A stretch of DNA of 42,201 bases from Aduncisulcus paluster. Its lineage: Eukaryota. The notes under the pieces were generated by a model. That model had not been told where the DNA came from, ran no database searches, and worked only from the letters and a program-made list of their open reading frames with translations. How positions within the stretch are numbered: position 1 is the first letter of the stretch; every line of letters starts with the position of its first letter. Location of the stretch: assembly GCA_024181965.1 (NCBI GenBank), contig BQXS01012764.1:1-42201 (forward strand). Direction: 5' to 3'. The translations under genes and the position numbers were made by a program. Below are positions 19,501 to 28,200 of this stretch, piece by piece.

Positions 19501-22187
19501 CAGATCAAGAGAGCCAACAGATTTCACAGATAACATCGACAATGTTCCAGCCTTACCACTTGAGGATCCAAGAGTATTATTGAAGGAAGAAGTCGAAAGC
19601 AAGTTGTCATGATCTTCAATACGAGTTGTCACAATATATATCTTATATTTGGTTGAGAGTTTAGCGATGGTCTCAAGATGGGCCAAAGCAGCAGCAGAAA
19701 ATCTGTTTCTCTGCTCATCTTCTGCCTCTTCCAAGTTTCTTACGGATATTTCCTCTCCTCTCTCGTCATATAAATCACCAATGGGACGAGAAGGGGAAAG
19801 TAATGGAAGCAAGAAAACAATGGTGGATTGCAAAGGATCTTCGTTGCTCTTAAAATCGGACACACGGGAACTTGAACCCATGACCATGCTATCCCGAGTG
19901 CTACGATGAGACACAGGGGAAGATGCCACAATGATCTCATCGCTATCTTGGATATTCTTTATCGTTTTCTCCTCATGAAGACCAATAAGATACTCACCGA
20001 TGCATTCTAATAATAGATCAGAGTAGGAACAACGTAATAACGAGGATAGAAGTAAGTTTCTCATCACTTGAGAGTGGGATGGATCAGAAAGAATGTTGAA
20101 TGATAATATTCCAGAAAATACTCGCTGTTCAAGTTTCTTGGGGGTCTCCAACACATCAAATGAGTCCACGACTGTCTGGACAGCCGGGATATCAAGGTTA
20201 TCAGAGTTGATCTCGAGATATTCGTCAATTTTCTCACTTATCTGTTCCTTCTTGTTCAAGAGCCACACAAAAGCGAGTATCCTATTCTCATAGTTGCTCA
20301 CTTCATCATAAATCAGAGAAGAGGCATCTAAAGCAGTCGAGAGTAGAGGACAAGGTGTGACTTGTTGTTNNNNNNNNNNNNNNNNNNNNCGATGCATTCT
20401 AATAATAGATCAGAGTAGGAACAACGTAATAACGAGGATAGAAGTAAGTTTCTCATCACTTGAGAGTGGGATGGATCAGAAAGAATGTTGAATGATAATA
20501 TTCCAGAAAATACTCGCTGTTCAAGTTTCTTGGGGGTCTCCAACACATCAAATGAGTCCACGACTGTCTGGACAGCCGGGATATCAAGGTTATCAGAGTT
20601 GATCTCGAGATATTCGTCAATTTTCTCACTTATCTGTTCCTTCTTGTTCAAGAGCCACACAAAAGCGAGTATCCTATTCTCAGAGTTGCTCACTTCATCA
20701 TAAATCAGAGAAGAGGCATCTAAAGCAGTCGAGAGTAGAGGACAAGGTGTGACTTGTTGTTTGAGACGAGCAAATTCCTCTTCTTGCTTTCTCCTCTTCT
20801 CTTCTTCCTTTCTTTTCCTTTCTTCTTCCTTTCTTCTCTCTTCCTCTTCTTTCTTTCTCTTTCTTTCTTCCTCTTCTCTTCTTTTTTCTTCTTCTTCACG
20901 CTGAATTCTTTCCTCTTCTTTTCTTTTTTCTTCTTCTTCACGCTGAATTCTTTCCTCTTCTTTCCTTCTTTCCTCCTCTTTCTTTCTTTTCTCTTCTTCT
21001 GCTTCTTCTTCTTCTTTTCTCGCTTGTTTTTCCTTTTCAAAATCAATATTTTCCAGAGTTTCTTGTGTTTCACCGATTTCAGATACCAATTGGTCTATAA
21101 CAGAAGAATCTTCTCTCCATCTGATTTCAGAATACTTTATATCTCCTTCCTCCTCTTCCTCTTCCTCCTCTTCCTCCTCTTCCTCTTCCTTTCTTTCCTC
21201 TTCTATCTGGCCTGTTATTTGCTGGGCTGAAGGTTGCTGAAGCACAATAGAGGGAGACTCGACTTGGATAACCTCTTCCTCTTCTTCAATCCCTTGTAAA
21301 TGAGATATATCAACATCTTTGGTTTCATTATCAATTTTAGTAATATCGGGCTGTTCTATTTCCATTTCTTCACTTCTTTCCTCTTCAGCTTCCTCTTCCT
21401 CTTCCTCTTCCTCTTCCTCTCTATTATTTTCTTCAAGATTCTTAGTACAACTAACCTCACGTAATTCTTCCTCTTCCTCTCCTTCATATTCGTATTCTTG
21501 ATCTAATTCCCCCATACTTACCTTTGAATCCTGCCCAGAAGTCTCTCGTGGAGGATTCTGATCCTCATCGCTATATTGGGTGTCAGCAGAGATAACCTCT
21601 TCGACAAATCTGTCTAAATCTTCTTCATTCTTCACTTGAGAATCACGTATATCATATTCATGTTCATCGTGACTATCCGAAACGCTGGGCATGGGTTCAA
21701 GGTTGAAGCGAACTTTTTTCTCACCTTTAAAGCGTTTCTGGTCCTTTTCTTTCCCAAGAATAACTTTTAGTACATTATGACGAATTTTAACAGCTTTTTT
21801 TTGATCTTCAAGCGAATCTTCTCTCTCATGGAGTTGAGCAATATCCCTCTCCATTTCAAGGCGTATCTTAACAACTTCTTCAATTTTATCTTGAATCATA
21901 GTCTCTCTGGTCCTAAGAGCATCCAATAAAGACTCAATTACAGAGGAACGTGAATAAGGAGTGTCGAATTGTTGAAGTTCTTCCATAATATTACAAAACA
22001 CACAATTGCACCCCTTTTTAATAGAAGATGAAAATAATTCATCATATGAAACATGTTCTATATCTTTTAGATGAATATAATCGCTTAATGGCGACTCAGG
22101 CTTGAAATATCGTTTTGGCGGATTTGAATCGGAAAAATTATCGACTTCTTCACCATATTTTGATTGTGGTGTTGAAGGATTAGACAT
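16600..22187 (-). CDS. Armadillo-repeat protein with N-terminal coiled coil, acidic region and ER/K single-alpha-helix segment; ~1731 aa when joined across the gap
   Basis: ORFs 20328-22187 and 16600-20397 overlap through the 372-bp duplication and join in frame. ARM helix-3 motifs: AERATALLWRLS, NSLAALCYLS, KVTGVLWNIASDPTNKTIL, ENISGTLWNI, ESLSGVLWCVS, ANSIGLLRNC, ERVGACVWLC, DRLIGAVANL. Confidence 0.85.
19998..20761. other. Scaffold gap (N 20370-20389) with duplicated overlap 19998-20369 = 20390-20761, one SNP
   Basis: 372-bp duplicate; the copies encode SNYENR versus SNSENR. Confidence 0.95.
20881..20962 (-). repeat. 42-bp tandem duplication encoding KEEERIQREEEEKR x2 within the ER/K helix
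   Basis: cttttttcttcttcttcacgctgaattctttcctcttc is repeated at 20881 and 20923. Confidence 0.85.
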
Positions 22188-22476
22188 TTTTTATAGTTTT
22201 GTATTTAAAATGTCTTCAAAAATGCACCCCCAATCAATTTTGAAATAACACCAATAACAAATCAATAAGTGCATAAATTCCACTGAAAAACGCAAAAATG
22301 TTCGAAAGAATTTATTATTATTTGAAAATTTTAACAAAATGATTTGGAGTAATTCGACTTCGACCTTCACTTTGATTGGTTGTCCAACTGGACACTTGAA
22401 AAGACTCAAACATCAATCTCGCAACAGAGAGAGAATGGATCAAAAATCAGAATGAATATAAACAACCCACTGTAAA

Positions 22477-23331
22477 CTAAGGTAGAGCATAAGTGGATTC
22501 GGTAACAATACATCCAATTGCCATATCTGACATAGTGAGATCAATGATGGATTGAGAAGAGTATCGAGAGTCATTTTGGACAACCAAAGGTGATTTATCA
22601 ATATAAATAGTCATCGTATCACATTTTTTTGGCTTGAAAGGTTCAAAATATGGCGATAAAACTCGATTATCAGGTTTATATCCTTTTCGATAGAAATAAA
22701 AGAATCCCGAGAAACACGCAATAAAAACCCCTAAAAAACCAATAAACAGATACTTCCATGTGATAAATGAACTATTTGATCCATCATATTCATCAAATAT
22801 ATCTTCAAGATCGGGAGGATTCGAATCTGAGGATAAACCAGAGTCTTCCACAATATCTCCTTCAATATTTTCGTAATGATTAGTTAAAATATGATTGATT
22901 TGAGAAAAATAATTTGATGAATCAGAGAAAAAGTTGTCATAAGTGTAATGTATCGCAGGAATGAAAAATGATTTATCCCACGTAATTCCCGTATTATCAT
23001 ATAATTCCCCATCTAATTGAAGAGATAGCGGTTCAAAAACAGAACAAAAAGATAAATAATCTCTCATTTCCTCGTCAATCGATGAGGGAAAGTTTATCCA
23101 ACTTGAAGGACAGAAATTCAAACTATTGGTATCAAATTTCGTTTTTTCATTTCTATTTATCTGCGAATGTACAGAAGAATATGATATAGGAGAATAAATC
23201 ATCCAATAAAACGACTTGATAATCATTGGGAGCAAGAGTGTTAAAATCGCAATACAACAACAAGAATAGAATAAGCATTCATTTAATCGCGATTCTGATT
23301 GAACAGGAAATATTATTGGGGATTGAAACAT
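22477..23331 (-). CDS. Hypothetical membrane protein with two hydrophobic segments (~284 aa)
   Basis: TM-like CLFYSCCCIAILTLLLPMII and YLFIGFLGVFIACFSGFFYFY followed by RK. The track start is TTG 23373; the first ATG is at 23331. Confidence 0.7.
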   Translation of the reverse strand: MFQSPIIFPVQSESRLNECLFYSCCCIAILTLLLPMIIKSFYWMIYSPISYSSVHSQINRNEKTKFDTNSLNFCPSSWINFPSSIDEEMRDYLSFCSVFEPLSLQLDGELYDNTGITWDKSFFIPAIHYTYDNFFSDSSNYFSQINHILTNHYENIEGDIVEDSGLSSDSNPPDLEDIFDEYDGSNSSFITWKYLFIGFLGVFIACFSGFFYFYRKGYKPDNRVLSPYFEPFKPKKCDTMTIYIDKSPLVVQNDSRYSSQSIIDLTMSDMAIGCIVTESTYALP

Positions 23332-23885
23332 TGACAAACATAAGCAAAACTTGCAACCAAATGATTGTTCCAATATATGGCGGAATAAGAAATAATTTGT
23401 TTAATCGTCAAAAATATTCAATTATTTACAAATTAAGCCATCGATAAAACATTAATATTATATAATAAACGACAATATTTAAAAAATATTTTTACAGGAC
23501 GAAACAGGTTATACATGTATTGCCTCATGCCATGCCACAATGAAAATAGGGAAAAAATTGAATACAAATCAATAAAGATAATAATTTTAAACACTTAATA
23601 ATTTGGATTGTGGGCCACAATCAATGATAATCAGAAGTAGCTTATTCGGTAAATCCCGGTTTAGCCGGTTATTGAGCAAGACATGCTCCAAACAAGAAAA
23701 AATAATGATAGTAGTAGTAGGAATCCCAGATGTGAAATATAATATAAAATATAGATTATTAAATAAGTGTAAAAATTTTATTTGAACATAAAATAAAGAC
23801 ACTACGACGCGTACAGAACAAAAGTAGACGTTTGTGTGTGTGTGAAACTTTAAAAGAGATCACAACTTCTTGGGACACGAGAAGT

Positions 23886-24328
23886 ATGGAAGATAAGAAA
23901 TATTATGGTGCACAATATGGAGTGCTTTATCTAGATAGAAGTTAATTTTATCTTTTTCTAAAGAAAGTTGCACTCGTTTAATTAGAGAAATAAGCTCTGT
24001 CGAAAAAAGGGAAGCGCCTTTTAAAGAATTAAGATATTTTTTTAGTAGTTTCAAAGTTTCAAAGGGTAAGATTGAAACCGATTACAAGAATGAAGCTATA
24101 GTTAAAGAAACTCAAGAAATACTGAATACGATTTTATCAAAATTTGCTATTATAAAAGATCCTAAAAAACCATCTGAAAACATGCTTGTTGAAGATGTGA
24201 AAAAAATATTAAGCAAAGGATATTTAAAATCTTTAAAATCTTATGACGCTAAAGTAACCAGGCACTTCCCATATTCAAAAAGTATATTCAGCGACATTAC
24301 TGAACATAAACACGGTTTTAAAAAATAA
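23886..24328 (+). pseudogene. Orphan Lys-rich ORF (~147 aa) with one frameshift near 23938; absent from the ORF track
   Basis: ATG 23886 gives MEDKKYYGAQYGVLYLDR. A second frame is open from 23939 to TAA 24326-24328: KLILSFSKESCTRLIREISSVEKREAPFKELRYFFSSFKVSKGKIETDYKNEAIVKETQEILNTILSKFAIIKDPKKPSENMLVEDVKKILSKGYLKSLKSYDAKVTRHFPYSKSIFSDITEHKHGFKK. Confidence 0.5.
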
Positions 24329-24412
24329 TTCAATTCTTGACATTATCTTAATCTAACTCAAGAAAATTTATTGAAACCAGGTGTCTTAGCATTAAAATGT
24401 TGCCAAAACACC

Positions 24413-24700
24413 GATAAAGTTTATTGGTGGGATATTTCATTTATTACCTTTTTATTTCGAAATTGGGCGCCAATAAACTTTATTGGTGGGATATTTCATT
24501 TATTACCTTTTTATTTCGAAATTGGGCGCCAATAAACTTTATTGGCGGGATATTTCATTTATTACCTTTTTATTTCGAAATTGGGCGCCAATAAACTTTA
24601 TTGGTGGGATATTTCATTTATTACCTTTTTATTTCGAAATTGGGCGCCAATAAACTTTATTGGTGGGATATTTCATTTATTACCTTTTTATTTCGAAATT
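24413..24700. repeat. 59-bp tandem array, ~4.9 copies, palindrome-rich
   Basis: Unit AATAAACTTTATTGGTGGGATATTTCATTTATTACCTTTTTATTTCGAAATTGGGCGCC starts at 24413 (variant), 24472, 24531 (one T>C), 24590 and 24649 (partial). Confidence 0.97.
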
Positions 24701-25282
24701 ACCCCCCTATTCGGAATATCTCCCCAAACTCGGGGTTTCAGAATTGGGGATGGACCTCAAATAACCACTTTTATGATCAGCCTTTTTCCTGACAATATTA
24801 AATCTTTTTGATATAAAAAAGAGAAATGAGATTTTTAAATCGACTTTTCGTCTTTTCTTGTATCTTGAGTTTATGTTTCTTGTTTTGCCATGGATTCCAA
24901 ATTCCATCTTTCATTCTTGAANNNNNNNNNNNNNNNNNNNNTTGGGCGCCAATAAACTTTATTGGTGGGATATTTCATTTATTACCTTTTTATTTCGAAA
25001 TTGGGCGCCAATAAACTTTATTGGTGGGATATTTCATTTATTACCTTTTTATTTCGAAATTACCCCCCTATTCGGAATATCTCCCCAAACTCGGGGTTTC
25101 AGAATTGGGGATGGACCTCAAATAACCACTTTTATGATCAGCCTTTTTCCTGACAATATTAAATCTTTTTGATATAAAAAAGAGAAATGAGATTTTTAAA
25201 TCGACTTTTCGTCTTTTCTTGTATCTTGAGTTTATGTTTCTTGTTTTGCCATGGATTCCAAATTCCATCTTTCATTCTTGAA
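24581..25282. other. Scaffold gap (N 24922-24941) with duplicated overlap 24581-24921 = 24942-25282 (includes ~2 repeat units and the start of the surface-protein gene)
   Basis: The same 341 bp appears on both sides of a 20-N run. Confidence 0.93.
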
Positions 25283-28200
25283 GAATTGAAAGATTTAACC
25301 CCTTGGGGTTCAAGAAGTGTGATGTTGACCGAGACTAGATCAGCCTTTGAACCAATATTTGGTGAATTCTCTCTAGATTCTCTTGACTATGTTGATGACA
25401 TTATTCCCGTGATCAAAAGGATGTCGACTCACATCGCTGCTCCCGTATTGCCTCTACAGAACCACCCTCTTATAGCTGGCGCCAAATTCTTTGATTCTAA
25501 GAGTTTGATTGAAGGAACGGCTGTATCATCACAGCTATCCACAGATGTCCCACTGACCGACCAAGATTTCCATGTATTTATCCAAACCGATAACGTTGAA
25601 GATGTTTTGGCTTCCGATATCTCTGAGGAAGTTGAGATAAAGCTGTTCTCTGCAATCGTCCAAGAATACCTCTCCGAACTCTACTTCAGCCATCCTGACT
25701 TTCCCAACAGTGTGTTCAAGGTCCACTATTGTGTTGATTCCTCGGATCTTGAGAGTGAAGACGTGTCTAAACTCTCAAACCTCCACATGTGCCTTGTCAC
25801 TGGTCAAGAAGTAACAAGTGTCTTGAGTGGACTCACAATGAACGTAAAATCCAACTCTTTGGATGATGCTGACCCAGACTTTGAGCGTTATCTCGATGAT
25901 ACGACTGCTTATGATGTGTTTCAGGTTGGATATAATCCTGATTTGCCTGTTGATTCATCTGATGACTATTCAGCTATTTCTGACAATTCATCTTTGAATA
26001 TGAATGCCCAAATTGAATTATATGTGGATATTACAGTATTTGGAGGTATCAAAGAGTTTAGGTTGGTGTTCCAGGCCGACACATACAACGCTTCAGATCA
26101 TGATATCACCATCAGCAATGCCTTCGATGAGGAACAAACGTCCAAACACTCGTTCTCCAATCTTATCGAGGAAACAAAATTTGGCAGCCTGCTCGATTTC
26201 ACCCTTCTGGGTCTGGATCTCAGTTCTGGCTTCTTTTTTTCTGTTGACATGACAAATGACATGGAGTTCCAAGGTGAATTTGAGCACACTTTCAAAGCCA
26301 AGCAGTCCAACAGGATTGTATTTGGAATTACAAAAGTTAATGGCGAGTGGAGCAACTTTTACAAAACCACTGAACCCAATATGGTGGTTGAAGAGAATGT
26401 CCCAAGTATTTCATCAAGTAATCAGGACAATATGTCGAATTTCATGCTCCAATACACCATTGCTATTATTCCTTCGTTCGAGTTTAAATTGTTCGGTTCT
26501 TCACTGGCGCTGCTTGGAATTGAAATGAGTTATCAGCAAACCCTAACTGCTTCATCGATGTGCTCTACGACTTCCATGGACACAAAATCATCGATCTCCT
26601 TCACCTTGTACACTCAAATTCTTGACTACACGCATGATTTTCCCCTTGGAACCACCCATGAGTCTGAACAAGAGATTGGAGACAGTCAACTTCTCCCACT
26701 AAGTGTCATTGACTCCACGAATGCCATTGGATGTGTTGGGCCGGATAGTATTGCAGACAATCAAGATTTTCCGAGAATTCCTCCCAATCGGGTTGATCCT
26801 GAGGAAATTCATTTGCAGATTGATATAGATTACACTTGTTGGAGCGGAAGGTCTTTTGAAGAAGTAAGTGGAACAATCCAATTGGGAAATAAGAAAACGT
26901 CGTACTCTTATTATGAATATTCGCACAAAAAGGACAAGGATGATGAATATAATCTTGTGACAGGGAAGGAACTGATCTTACTGTACTCAGAAGATGATTC
27001 CTCCGATGATTCCTCCGATGATGAATTGACGATTAGTATTCATAACGATGAGTGGTGTCATGAAGATGATCAATCTTTCCATATTCCTGTTTCTGAAATA
27101 GTGTCGGAATTTATCAACAATGCTCAAACACTATATACTCAATTCAGGTGGTATGACAAGCATAACGACGGTAACCACACTCTTGATATATCTATTACAT
27201 TTTTTGTTCAGAGCATTGACCTTGGAATACCTTATTCAGGGTGGGATACGTTCGGTCACCATAGTATGAATATCGAAAACTGGTATCACACTTCAATGCC
27301 TCGCTGGTCAGATAGTCTCACCGTTTATCCGTTTTTAGAACCTGGTGACATGTATAGTCCTGAAGGAGATGAGCAAATGGTGTATAATTTCTTCCCTGGT
27401 GTCAACAACTATCAGTTACTTGTCGACAATATGGCAAACACCAATCCTCTTTGGATGATTTCACGCCTGTATTCATTTGATAACCCCAATATTCCGATGG
27501 ATTCTGATGGAAATTCTCATGATGGAATGGAGTTCTACAATGATACCTTTGATTATCGAGCCATTCGAGAGTATTTTCACTCCTCAGCTTCTGATTTCTC
27601 TGAATATTCTTCAATGATTAGGATGAATATGGGATGCTATGGGTCTTCCTCATCAAATGCATTTTCTCTCTATTACATGTGGGAGTCGAATAAGTATTAT
27701 TACGAGTTAGATTATAGTGATTATCCAAATGGTTTAATTTGGGACATTGATTCTCATCAGAACAATCAGGACGAATTTCCATTTGCGTGGGGCTCTTCAA
27801 TATTTTCTGCTTCATTTAACCCTTCTCAACCAGAAATATGCCTTCAAAAGGATCATATTGGATTCAAGTTCTATTCCGATTCTCTGTTCAATTCGTATAC
27901 TCTGAAGGGTGATATTGAATTGGATGATTCTTATTTCTTACAATCGAATGATGGTTCCATGATTTGGGAGACTCAAGACGGTGATTCTCATTGTAAACTG
28001 TTCTCGCATGTTCAAAAGCCCAGGCTCTGGGTCAACGCAACATTATACTCTGCATCCATAAATGCGTTCAATGATGTTGGTTGGTTCTCTTTTGTGCCAA
28101 CTGCTCAGCTCTTTATTGATGGCGGCAATGTCTCCATGAGCACCAACATTGGAGATGAGGATTCCCCGTTCAGTTCGCTTGTGAGTCTTGCATTTGATCC

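Noticed and set aside
20720-21501. Lys/Arg-rich and Phe-rich ORFs (117, 158, 60 aa) overlapping the ARM gene
   Set aside because: Alternative-frame or antisense readings of the GAA-rich low-complexity tract.
24413-25061. 59-bp palindromic array as a CRISPR or CRISPR-like array
   Set aside because: Units are head-to-tail and essentially identical with no unique spacers, there are no cas-like ORFs, and the context is eukaryotic. The second block at 24942-25061 is the gap duplicate.
24542-25268. Short ORFs over the array (89, 63, 66, 62, 76 aa)
   Set aside because: Frame-cycling translations of a 59-bp unit plus the assembly duplicate; 24826-25014 is just the duplicated start of the 1825-aa gene.
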